Positions 8,089 to 16,402 of a stretch of 32,000 bases of DNA are shown piece after piece. The DNA is taken from NCBI RefSeq assembly GCF_014280175.1, contig NZ_CP047931.1:480001-512000 (forward strand). The letters are read 5' to 3'. Both the position numbers and the translations under genes were made by a program. The notes beneath the pieces are model-generated. The model was not told the origin of the DNA. It worked only from the letters and a program-made list of their open reading frames with translations, and ran no database searches. Source of the DNA: Synechococcus sp. A15-28 (GTDB lineage: Bacteria; Cyanobacteriota; Cyanobacteriia; PCC-6307; Cyanobiaceae). Position 1 is the stretch's first letter. Every line of letters begins with the position of its first letter.

Positions 8089-8841
8089 CTATGAAGCTTC
8101 CAGGTCCAGATTCTGGTCGAAGTCGAGGTTGGCGCTGACGCTGCGGACGTCGTCCAGGCCATCGAGGGCATCCAGCAATTTGAGGCACTGGCGTGCGGTG
8201 TCGATGTCGCTGATCTCCACGCTGCTCAGGGCTGACCAGCTGTGGCCCCACTCCCGCACGGTCCAGCCCTGTTGATGCAGGCCGTCCTGCAGGGCCTCCA
8301 GGCTGGTGAAGGGGCCATGCACCAGCGCCGAGCCGTCCTGCAGCAGTTCATAGCCATCGGCGTCGAGCTCCAGCAGGCTTTCCAGCAGCCGTTCCTCATC
8401 GGCAGCCGTGGCCTGGATGCTCACTTCGCTGCGGTGGGTGAACAGATAAGCGACGCAGCCGCTTTCCCCGAGGTTGCCGCCGTTCTTGCTGAAGGCCAGT
8501 CGCAGATCAGCAGCCGTTCGATTGCGGTTGTCCGTGAGGGCCTCCACCAGCACGGCCATGCCGGCCGGGCCATAGCCCTCGTAACGCACCTCCTCCAGTT
8601 GGGTGCCATCACCCCCCTGGCCGGAGCCCTTGGCGATGGCTCGCTCGATGTTGGCGGCTGGAACCCCGGCAGCCTTGGCCTTGCTGATCGCCGTGCGCAG
8701 CTGAAAGTTGCCGGATGGGTCCGCCCCATCCCTTGCCGCCACCATGATCTCGCGGCCGAGGCGGGTGAACACAGCCCCGCGCTTCGCGTCAACGACGGCC
8801 TTGGTGCGTTTGATCTGGGACCATTTGCTGTGGCCGGCCAT
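8089..8841 (-). CDS. yebC: YebC/PmpR family DNA-binding transcriptional regulator
   Basis: The hallmark N-terminus [22 protein letters not shown] is present, and the 250-aa length is typical. Confidence 0.93.
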   Translation of the reverse strand: MAGHSKWSQIKRTKAVVDAKRGAVFTRLGREIMVAARDGADPSGNFQLRTAISKAKAAGVPAANIERAIAKGSGQGGDGTQLEEVRYEGYGPAGMAVLVEALTDNRNRTAADLRLAFSKNGGNLGESGCVAYLFTHRSEVSIQATAADEERLLESLLELDADGYELLQDGSALVHGPFTSLEALQDGLHQQGWTVREWGHSWSALSSVEISDIDTARQCLKLLDALDGLDDVRSVSANLDFDQNLDLEAS

Positions 8842-8880
8842 CGCTCCTGAGCGCCCTGCACCGATGCTGGCGCACGGACC

Positions 8881-9756
8881 TCAGCCGCTCGCATCAAACA
8901 CCACCTTCGGTTGGAGTTGATCGTGCTCCTGGCGCAGCCCGATGCCCGCCATGCTGCCGTCGGCGTTGCAGACCACCACGGCGTTGCCTGGACCCGGCTC
9001 CAGGCTCAGTCGACGGCCGCAGCGCCAGTCGGCCTCCTCGCTGCCGTTGAGCTGGCGGCGGGGCAGATGCTCCAGGGCGAGCAGAGGGGAGAGAGGTGGC
9101 GGAGGTGTGGTGTCCGCCTTCGGCAGCGCTTGGGCCTGGGACTCGAGGAAGCCGAGGGCCTGGGTGCGGCGCAGCTGGGCCAGGCAGCCGCCGCAGCCCA
9201 GCTGCTCGCCAAGATCGCGAGCGAGGGCACGGATGTAGGTGCCAGTGGAGCAGTGCACCTCCAGGGTCAGCTGTCCCTGGCGGGTGTCCCAGTGCAGCAG
9301 CTCCAGGCGGTGGATGGTCACCGGCCGTGGAGGCAGGTCCATCTGCTCTCCTCTTCGGGCGCGGGCGTGGGCCCGTTCGCCGTCCACATGCACGGCGGAC
9401 ACCTGGGGCGGGCGTTGCTGGATCGGGCCACGGAACCGGTTCAAGGCGCTCTCCAGCTCCTCGAGCTGAAGGTCAGGCCAGGGGGCCTGGCGCAGCAGCT
9501 CCCCCTCCAGGTCGTCGCTGCTGGTGACGCGCCCCAGCTGGATCACCCCCCGGTAGGTCTTCTCACCGGGGAGGTAGGGCAGCAGGCGTGTGGCGGGGCC
9601 CAGGGCGATCGGCAGAACCCCCGTCACCGCAGGGTCCAGGGTGCCGCCGTGGCCCACCCGTTTGAGGCCATAGCAGCGCCGTAGACGGCTGACGCAGCTG
9701 TGGGAGGTGAGCCCGGCGGGTTTGTCGATCACCACGAAGCCGAAGGGGCCGTCCAA
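8881..9756 (-). CDS. truB: tRNA pseudouridine(55) synthase
   Basis: TruB motifs GFVVIDKPAGLTSH and the catalytic GHGGTLDPAVTGVLPIALG. There is no in-frame ATG near the conserved N-terminus. The TTG at 9756 (giving LDGPFGFVV...) yields a typical 291-aa protein. The start is uncertain (see findings). Confidence 0.85.
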   Translation of the reverse strand: MDGPFGFVVIDKPAGLTSHSCVSRLRRCYGLKRVGHGGTLDPAVTGVLPIALGPATRLLPYLPGEKTYRGVIQLGRVTSSDDLEGELLRQAPWPDLQLEELESALNRFRGPIQQRPPQVSAVHVDGERAHARARRGEQMDLPPRPVTIHRLELLHWDTRQGQLTLEVHCSTGTYIRALARDLGEQLGCGGCLAQLRRTQALGFLESQAQALPKADTTPPPPLSPLLALEHLPRRQLNGSEEADWRCGRRLSLEPGPGNAVVVCNADGSMAGIGLRQEHDQLQPKVVFDASG

Positions 9757-9810
9757 GGGGGGTGGTCGTCGTGACCCCAGACTGTTGCATCCCAACGGTC
9801 CATCGACGCC

Positions 9811-10563
9811 ATGCCCCAGCTCCGCAGCAGCCGTGAGGTGGATGTGTCCTCGTTCCTGGAGGACGGCCTGGCCGTGAAGCAGCACCTGCAGCGCTACCTG
9901 GATCTCTCGTCCGAGGAGCTGGAGCGGCGATTGCCCAGCAGCACGGACGACCTGGCGGATCTGCATCCGGGAGCCTTCCGGCCGGAGGACGCCACGACCT
10001 TCTATGAGGACACGGTGGGGACGGGCCATCTGCTGGAGCTGGCGGCCTGGCACCTCAGCAGTGCGGATTACATCGCCGACACCCTGCGGCTGCAGGGGAT
10101 GACCGCCCGGGGGCAGGTGCTGGACTTCGGTGGCGGCATCGGCACCCATGCCCTCTCGGCAGCGGCCTTACCCCAGGTGGATCACGTCTGGTTCGTGGAC
10201 CTCAACCCCCACAACCAGGCCTTTGTCGAGCAACGGGCGGCCGCTCTTGGGCTCTCCGAGAAGCTCTCGTTGCATCGGGATCTGGAGTCCACCGGCGCGG
10301 TGCGCTTCGACACGGTGGTCTGCCTTGATGTGCTGGAACATCTGCCTGATCCGTCTACGCAACTGATGGCGTTTCATCAGCGCATGGCATCCGATGCCAC
10401 CGCCTTGCTGAACTGGTACTTCTTCAAGGGTCACGACGGCGAATATCCCTTCCATTTCGATGATCCGACGCTGGTGGATCAGTTCTTCACAACCCTGCAG
10501 GGACGTTTCCTTGAGGTGTTTCACCCATTGCTGATCACCGCTCGCCTCTATCGGCCGATCTGA
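9811..10563 (+). CDS. Class I SAM-dependent methyltransferase
   Basis: The 250-aa ORF has an ATG start, SAM-binding motif I VLDFGGGIGTHAL and post-I/motif II elements (FVDLN..., VVCLDVLEHLPDP). Confidence 0.8.
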   Translation: MPQLRSSREVDVSSFLEDGLAVKQHLQRYLDLSSEELERRLPSSTDDLADLHPGAFRPEDATTFYEDTVGTGHLLELAAWHLSSADYIADTLRLQGMTARGQVLDFGGGIGTHALSAAALPQVDHVWFVDLNPHNQAFVEQRAAALGLSEKLSLHRDLESTGAVRFDTVVCLDVLEHLPDPSTQLMAFHQRMASDATALLNWYFFKGHDGEYPFHFDDPTLVDQFFTTLQGRFLEVFHPLLITARLYRPI

Positions 10564-10578
10564 CAGTCGCCATTGAAC

Positions 10579-10607
10579 AGCCCCAGCGACCTGGCGGTGC
10601 TGGGGCT
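10579..10607. terminator. Perfect 9-bp-stem hairpin between the convergent methyltransferase and rpmA genes; candidate bidirectional terminator without a T-tract
   Basis: agccccagc-(11 nt)-gctggggct read directly. It sits in the 82-nt convergent spacer. Confidence 0.45.
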
Positions 10608-10645
10608 CGCGTTGATCGGATTGGAGTTCGTGCTGCGCCGTGCGA

Positions 10646-10906
10646 TCAGGCGGTGATGTTGATCCGCTTGCGGTTGCGCAGGCCGCGGCGGATGGTCTCG
10701 AACTTCACCACACCAGCGGTGAGGGCGAACAGGGTGTCGTCCTTGCCGATGCCCACGTTGACGCCGGGCAGCACCGAGGTGCCGCGCTGACGGATGAGGA
10801 TGGAACCAGCGGTGACGGTTTCGCCGCCGTAGGCCTTCACGCCAAGGCGCTTGGCGTTGGAATCGCGACCGTTGCGTGTGGAGCCTGTGCCTTTCTTATG
10901 AGCCAT
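10646..10906 (-). CDS. rpmA: 50S ribosomal protein L27
   Basis: [28 protein letters not shown]... is the canonical L27 N-terminus. The ATG at 10906 is used rather than the longer track ORF. Confidence 0.95.
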   Translation of the reverse strand: MAHKKGTGSTRNGRDSNAKRLGVKAYGGETVTAGSILIRQRGTSVLPGVNVGIGKDDTLFALTAGVVKFETIRRGLRNRKRINITA

Positions 10907-10949
10907 GGGTGGAAATGGATGGAGGGCGGTGCGGGGAGAACCGGGAGGG

Positions 10950-11366
10950 TCAGCTGATGGCTTTGCCGCCCACGGCGATGGATTCAACCATCACCCGGGT
11001 GAGTTCCTGACGGTGACCATTCTTGCGCCGCGTCTTCTTTTTCGGGCGCATTTTGTACACGATCACCTTGGGGCCACGGCGGTGAGCCATCACCTTCAGG
11101 GTCACGGTGGCGTCTTTGACGAAGGGCTGTCCGAGGGTGGTGCCCTTGGAATCCTTCACCAGCAGAACGTTTTCGAGCTTGATGGTGTCATCAACCTCAG
11201 CGTGTAGGCGATCCACGTCGTAATAGCGGTTGGCCTGAACCCACATCTGGGTGCCGGAGGCTTCGACGATGGCGTAGCCCTCGGATGACGAGGCAGCGGC
11301 TGCTGGTGCTTTTGCCGTCGCTTCCTCAGCGTCGGTGCTGGCTTTGGCGGTTTTGGTGTCTGCCAT
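10950..11366 (-). CDS. rplU: 50S ribosomal protein L21 with an Ala-rich N-terminal extension
   Basis: The core [24 protein letters not shown]...[29 protein letters not shown] matches L21. It lies directly upstream of rpmA, as in the conserved rplU-rpmA operon. Confidence 0.93.
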   Translation of the reverse strand: MADTKTAKASTDAEEATAKAPAAAASSSEGYAIVEASGTQMWVQANRYYDVDRLHAEVDDTIKLENVLLVKDSKGTTLGQPFVKDATVTLKVMAHRRGPKVIVYKMRPKKKTRRKNGHRQELTRVMVESIAVGGKAIS

Positions 11367-11468
11367 GGAGTAGAGACACGGTCAGGCTCGGCCGAAACCG
11401 ATTCAGCCTGATCCGCAATCGAAAGACAAACAAAGATCTTCGATCATCGAGGTCCCCGTCGTCAACAT

Positions 11469-11489
11469 TCAGGAACATTGACTTCCTGA
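11469..11489 (+). promoter_or_regulatory. 7-bp-stem hairpin or inverted repeat immediately upstream of the kaiA start codon
   Basis: tcaggaa-cattgac-ttcctga read directly. It ends 7 nt before the kaiA ATG at 11497, and 'aacatt' occurs twice in or next to it. Confidence 0.3.
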
Positions 11490-11496
11490 CCGCCGG

Positions 11497-12387
11497 ATGG
11501 CCAGGCCGGGCCTCACGATCGCCTTATTGCTCACGACACCAGCTCTGGTGGATGCCTGCAGACAGTGGTTGCCGGAGACGCGTTACCACTCCCTTGATTT
11601 GAGTCGCCTTGACCAGGGGGAGGAGCCGATTGATCTTGTCGGCACCCTGGCGGCTCAGCAGGAGGAGATCGACGCGGTGGTGGTGGAGCAGCAGCTGCTG
11701 GATGCCACCAGCCGCGAGCAGTTGCTCGGCCGGGGGCTGTTGTTCCCCGCCGTAGTGGTGGGTGAGGTGAAGGGCCATGTGGACTACCACTCCGAGGAGC
11801 TGCACCTCGCTGACGATCAGCTGGCCCAGCTGGGATACACCGTTGATGCCGCCATCTCACGCTTCCTGCGCCAGGGACGTGCCGACGGGCGCTCGGATGA
11901 CGCTGGGCTGGCATCCGTGGACAAGTTGTCCCGCCGCCTGCAGGAACGGCTCGGCTACCTCGGGGTCTTCTACAAGCGCGATCCTTCCCGGTTCCTCGGC
12001 AGCCTTCCCGCCGAGGAACGTCAGGAACTGCTGGAGTCGTTGCAGCGCACGTATCGCGATCTGCTGATCAGTTATTTCAGCGACCCAGCAGCGTCAAACC
12101 AGGCCTTGGAGAGTTTCGTCAACACCGCCTTTTTCAGTGATCTGCCGATCACCAGAACCGTTGAAATCCACGTGGATCAGATCGATGAGTTCTGGAAGCA
12201 GCTGCGGCTGGAAGGGCATAAAAGCGATTTTCTTCAGGATTACCGCCTTGCGCTTCTCGATGTGATGGCCCATCTGTGTGAGATGTATCGGCGCTCCATC
12301 CCGCCGGACATCCCTCTCACCGGTTTGGCTTCCGGCCGACACCGAAGGGAGGCTGATTTGCCGGATGCCCCTGAGGTGTCGTCATGA
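11497..12387 (+). CDS. kaiA: Circadian clock protein KaiA (full length: pseudo-receiver plus C-terminal KaiC-binding domain)
   Basis: The 296-aa ORF has a C-terminal half ([16 protein letters not shown]...[10 protein letters not shown]...[12 protein letters not shown]...[15 protein letters not shown]) that matches the KaiA dimerisation/KaiC-binding domain. It lies directly upstream of kaiBC. Confidence 0.93.
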   Translation: MARPGLTIALLLTTPALVDACRQWLPETRYHSLDLSRLDQGEEPIDLVGTLAAQQEEIDAVVVEQQLLDATSREQLLGRGLLFPAVVVGEVKGHVDYHSEELHLADDQLAQLGYTVDAAISRFLRQGRADGRSDDAGLASVDKLSRRLQERLGYLGVFYKRDPSRFLGSLPAEERQELLESLQRTYRDLLISYFSDPAASNQALESFVNTAFFSDLPITRTVEIHVDQIDEFWKQLRLEGHKSDFLQDYRLALLDVMAHLCEMYRRSIPPDIPLTGLASGRHRREADLPDAPEVSS

Positions 12388-12758
12388 GCCCACGCAAGAC
12401 CTACATCCTCAAGCTGTACGTCGCCGGCAACACGCCGAATTCGATGCGGGCCCTCAAAACGCTGCGCAACATCCTCGAAACCGAGTTCCGAGGCGTCTAT
12501 GCCCTGAAGGTGATTGACGTGCTCAAAAACCCTCAGCTCGCGGAAGAGGACAAGATCCTGGCGACCCCCACGCTTGCGAAGATCCTGCCTCCACCGGTGC
12601 GACGCATCATTGGCGATCTGTCCGATCGTGAGCGGGTGCTGATCGGTCTCGATCTTCTGTACGACGAGCTGGCCGACAACGCCTTCGGTTCCGGCTATCT
12701 GGATGCGGTGGATGAGGAGAACGACACGTCGACGACGGAATCGACATCGGATTCTTAA
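12384..12758 (+). CDS. kaiB: Circadian clock protein KaiB with an extended acidic Ser/Thr-rich C-terminal tail
   Basis: [93 protein letters not shown] is near-identical to canonical KaiB. Its ATG overlaps the kaiA stop (ATGA at 12384..12387). Confidence 0.97.
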   Translation: MSPRKTYILKLYVAGNTPNSMRALKTLRNILETEFRGVYALKVIDVLKNPQLAEEDKILATPTLAKILPPPVRRIIGDLSDRERVLIGLDLLYDELADNAFGSGYLDAVDEENDTSTTESTSDS

Positions 12759-12824
12759 GCCAGATGGTGATCGATCTCCCCCCCCAGACAGACCTCCCTA
12801 CGGTCCTTTTATAGGTGTTGCGCC

Positions 12825-14363
12825 ATGCAGTTTCCCCCAACCAGCGGCTCGACTCAGATGCAGGTGCAGAAGCTCCCCACCGGCATCGAGGGCTTTGATG
12901 ATGTCTGCCAGGGCGGCCTGCCGATCGGGCGCAGCACCCTGATCAGCGGAACCTCCGGCACCGGCAAGACGGTGTTCTCGCTGCACTTCCTCCATAACGG
13001 CATCAAGCACTTCGATGAGCCGGGCATCTTCGTCACCTTCGAGGAGTCGCCGCTCGACATCCTGCGCAATGCCGCCAGCTTCGGCTGGAACCTGCTGGAG
13101 ATGGTGGAACAGGACAAGCTGTTCATCCTTGACGCATCACCGGATCCCGATGGCCAGGATGTGGCCGGCAGTTTCGATCTCTCCGGCCTGATCGAGCGGA
13201 TCAATTACGCCATCCGCAAGTACAAGGCCAAGCGGGTGGCGATCGACTCGATCACGGCGGTGTTTCAGCAGTACGACGCGGTGTTCGTTGTCCGACGGGA
13301 GATCTTCCGGCTGATCGCTCGGCTGAAGGAGATCGGCGTCACCACGGTGATGACAACCGAACGCATCGATGAGTACGGACCGATTGCGCGCTACGGGGTC
13401 GAGGAGTTCGTCTCCGACAACGTGGTGATCCTGCGCAACGTGTTGGAGGGTGAGCGCCGTCGCCGCACGGTGGAGATCCTCAAGCTGCGGGGCACCACTC
13501 ATATGAAGGGGGAATTCCCCTTCACCATGGGCACCCACGGCATCAGCATCTTCCCGCTGGGGGCCATGCGTCTCACCCAGCGCTCCTCCAATGTTCGGGT
13601 GAGCTCCGGTGTGCCGCGGCTGGACGACATGTGCGGCGGTGGTTTCTTCAAGGATTCGATCATCCTGGCCACCGGCGCCACCGGTACCGGCAAGACCCTG
13701 CTGGTGTCCAAATTCATTGAAGACGCCTGTCGGAACAAGGAGCGGGCGATCCTCTTCGCCTACGAGGAGTCCCGGGCCCAGTTGCTGCGCAACGGCACGA
13801 GCTGGGGCATCGACTTTGAGCAGATGGAGCAGGACGGGTGGCTGAAGATCATCTGCGCCTACCCCGAATCCACCGGGCTGGAGGATCACCTCCAGATCAT
13901 CAAGACGGAGATCAGCCAGTTCAAGCCATCCCGGATGGCCATCGACTCCCTCTCAGCTCTGGCCCGGGGTGTGAGCCATAACGCCTTCCGGCAGTTCGTG
14001 ATCGGCGTGACCGGTTACGCCAAGCAGGAGGAGATCGCCGGCTTCTTTACGAACACCTCCGAGGAGTTCATGGGCAGCCACTCGATCACCGATTCCCACA
14101 TCTCCACGATCACCGACACGATCCTGCTGCTGCAGTACGTGGAGATCCGTGGGGAGATGGCCCGGGCCCTCAACGTGTTCAAGATGCGCGGCTCCTGGCA
14201 CGACAAGGGCATCCGCGAGTTTGTGATCACCGGCAATGGTCCGCAGATCAAGGATTCCTTCTCCAACTTCGAGCGGATCATTTCCGGCGTGCCCCATCGG
14301 GTGACCACCGACGAGCGCAGCGAACTGTCCCGTATCGCCCGCGGCGTCTCCAGCGACGACTAA
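12825..14363 (+). CDS. kaiC: Circadian clock protein KaiC (double RecA-like ATPase/autokinase)
   Basis: Two Walker A motifs (GTSGTGKT and GATGTGKT), the phosphosite segment DSHISTITDT, and a C-terminus typical of KaiC. The product is 512 aa and collinear with S. elongatus KaiC as I remember it. Confidence 0.98.
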   Translation: MQFPPTSGSTQMQVQKLPTGIEGFDDVCQGGLPIGRSTLISGTSGTGKTVFSLHFLHNGIKHFDEPGIFVTFEESPLDILRNAASFGWNLLEMVEQDKLFILDASPDPDGQDVAGSFDLSGLIERINYAIRKYKAKRVAIDSITAVFQQYDAVFVVRREIFRLIARLKEIGVTTVMTTERIDEYGPIARYGVEEFVSDNVVILRNVLEGERRRRTVEILKLRGTTHMKGEFPFTMGTHGISIFPLGAMRLTQRSSNVRVSSGVPRLDDMCGGGFFKDSIILATGATGTGKTLLVSKFIEDACRNKERAILFAYEESRAQLLRNGTSWGIDFEQMEQDGWLKIICAYPESTGLEDHLQIIKTEISQFKPSRMAIDSLSALARGVSHNAFRQFVIGVTGYAKQEEIAGFFTNTSEEFMGSHSITDSHISTITDTILLLQYVEIRGEMARALNVFKMRGSWHDKGIREFVITGNGPQIKDSFSNFERIISGVPHRVTTDERSELSRIARGVSSDD

Positions 14364-16402
14364 GCCGTCTGACCAGCGGTGGAGCGGCGTTCGGCCTGAA
14401 GCTTCAGCTCATCCATATCGGCCTCTCCGAGGGGCAGGTCAAACCAGAAGGTTGTGCCCACCTCCGGCTCACTGGCCATGGAGACCTTGCTGCCGTGCTT
14501 CTCGAGGATTCCACGCACAATCGACAGGCCGAGTCCGGTTCCCACTTCGGTGTGAACGGCGTTTTCAACACGGAAGAAGCGATCGAAGATCCGCTCTTGG
14601 TCGGCGGCGCTAATGCCGCAACCGGTGTCGGCCACCTCCACCCGCAGCCGCGGCAGCGGTGAGCTGAGGGCGCAGCTGGGGCCATCGTTTTCGCTGCTGG
14701 GGGATCCCACCGGACAGGTGTCGGGCCAGGGGTAGGCCCGCAGGGCCAGGGTGCCACCGGATCGGCTGAATTTCAGGGCATTGCCCACCAGGTTGTCGAG
14801 CACCTGCAGCAACAGATCCCAGTTGCCCAGCACCTCTGGCAGATCCTCCGCCGCATCCAGCAGCAGCTCCACCTGCTTGTCATCAGCATTGAGTCGGTAT
14901 GTGCGCAGGGTCTGCTCCATGGCGGGGAGCAGATTCATCGCTTCGAACTGAACGGCACGACCGGACTCCAGACGTGAGAGGTCGAGCACGTCATTGACGA
15001 GCCGGGTGAGGCGATCGGTTTCGTCATTGGCGATGCCGAGGAACTCCTTGTGTTCATCAGGGCTGAGCTGATCACCGAGGTCGTGCAGGGTTTCGACGTA
15101 GCTCTTGATGTTGAACAGCGGCGTGCGCAGTTCGTGGGAGACGTTGCTGATGAAACGACTCTGGGCGGCATTCAGTTCCACCTCCCTGGTGAGGTCCTGC
15201 ACGGTGACGGCGATGCCCTTGAGCGATTCGCCGCTGGCATCCCGTACGGCCTGCATCACGATGCGCAGGGTTCGGCTCGGTTCTCCGACGCTGCAGCGCA
15301 GGTCCTCGCTGTCAGCGCCACTGATCAGCAGCAGATCGAGGGGGGCCTGCAGTTCGATCGCCAGCAGGTCCGGCAGCTCCGCCACCAGCTCCCTGCCCTC
15401 CAGCTTGCGGCCTTCCCAGCGGAACAGACGCCGGGCGGTGGGGTTGGCCAGCACGATCCGCCCCTGTTCATCCAGAAGAATGGCGCCGTCGGCCATCGTC
15501 GCAATCAACGACTGCTGCTTCACCTGAGCTGCGGTGAGCTCCTCGATGTTGGCCTCGTCGTAGGCCTCGAGCTGGGAGGCCATCGCATTGAAGCCGGTGA
15601 GCAGTTCCCCCAGTTCACCGCCCACCGGCAGATCGATGCGGGCCTGGAAGTTGCCGAGGGAGATCGATCGCACCCCACGCAGCAGTTCCTTCACCGGGCG
15701 GGTGATGGTGAGGGCGTTGAACACAGCGCCCAGGATCACCAGCACCCAGATCGAGATGAACACCGCCACCGTCACCTCCCGGGTGAGGGCGGCACTGGCC
15801 AGGGCGGTTTCATTGGGGTTCACCCCCAAACCGAGCACGCCGTAGTAACGGCCGTTGCGGATCAGGGGCACGAACACATCGGTGACCCGACCCTGGGGGG
15901 TGAGGTGCTGCCGCACCAGCGGATTCTGCGGGCGACGGCGCAGCTCGTCGGGGAGCTCCAGGCGTCGATTGAGGCGCAAGTCACCCTCGCCACCCTCGGT
16001 GGCGCCACTGATCGGAATGCCGAGGTAGACGACACCGTCTGGATCGGCGAAGAAGATGTAGCGAACACTGCGGCTGGACCGCCAGAACTTCTCGGCCACA
16101 TTGGCCAGCTCGCGGTCCTGTTCCTGGGCCACCAGTTCGGTGACGTTTCCGGCCAGCAGCAGCCCCAGATCACGGGCATAGCGGGTGTCATTCATCACGG
16201 CATCGCGCTGGATGCCGTTCAAGGCCAGGAAGGTGATGCCGGTCATCACCAGGCTCACCACGAGGGTGGCGATGGCCAGAAGTTTGGTCTGCAGGCTGAA
16301 TTCAGCCCACCAGGCGACGACGCGACGCCAGAACCCATCGGATCCGGGATCTGGCCCACCGGGTTGCGGCAGGGCCCAGTCGGCGGTCGCGGGGGTGGTC
16401 AT
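14360..16402 (-). CDS. nblS: Membrane sensor histidine kinase, NblS/Hik33 (DspA) type: 2 TM, HAMP, PAS, HisKA, HATPase
   Basis: Two hydrophobic segments flank a periplasmic-like loop. It also has a HAMP region (ITRPVKELLRGVRSISLGNFQARIDLPVGGELGELLTGFNAMASQLE), the H-box FISNVSHELRTPLFNIKSY, the N-box LDNLVGNALKFS, and G-boxes DTGCGI / GTGLGLSIV. The ortholog assignment to NblS is by overall architecture and is an inference. Confidence 0.85.
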   Translation of the reverse strand: MTTPATADWALPQPGGPDPGSDGFWRRVVAWWAEFSLQTKLLAIATLVVSLVMTGITFLALNGIQRDAVMNDTRYARDLGLLLAGNVTELVAQEQDRELANVAEKFWRSSRSVRYIFFADPDGVVYLGIPISGATEGGEGDLRLNRRLELPDELRRRPQNPLVRQHLTPQGRVTDVFVPLIRNGRYYGVLGLGVNPNETALASAALTREVTVAVFISIWVLVILGAVFNALTITRPVKELLRGVRSISLGNFQARIDLPVGGELGELLTGFNAMASQLEAYDEANIEELTAAQVKQQSLIATMADGAILLDEQGRIVLANPTARRLFRWEGRKLEGRELVAELPDLLAIELQAPLDLLLISGADSEDLRCSVGEPSRTLRIVMQAVRDASGESLKGIAVTVQDLTREVELNAAQSRFISNVSHELRTPLFNIKSYVETLHDLGDQLSPDEHKEFLGIANDETDRLTRLVNDVLDLSRLESGRAVQFEAMNLLPAMEQTLRTYRLNADDKQVELLLDAAEDLPEVLGNWDLLLQVLDNLVGNALKFSRSGGTLALRAYPWPDTCPVGSPSSENDGPSCALSSPLPRLRVEVADTGCGISAADQERIFDRFFRVENAVHTEVGTGLGLSIVRGILEKHGSKVSMASEPEVGTTFWFDLPLGEADMDELKLQAERRSTAGQTA

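Noticed and set aside
7803-8171. The Nif11-domain ORF as a possible lanthipeptide (prochlorosin-type) or other RiPP precursor, and the longer 122-aa version of the ORF.
   Set aside because: The protein is essentially only the Nif11 domain (57 aa from the ATG at 7976). It has no Gly-Gly cleavage motif and no Cys/Ser/Thr-rich core peptide. No LanM, cyclodehydratase or transporter gene is nearby. The long version overlaps yebC and has junk-like sequence.
14396-14407. A 12-bp perfect palindrome ctgaagcttcag just downstream of the kaiC stop, as a possible terminator.
   Set aside because: It has no loop and no T-tract, and it would form only a ~4-bp stem. It lies within the kinase coding region and may be coincidental.
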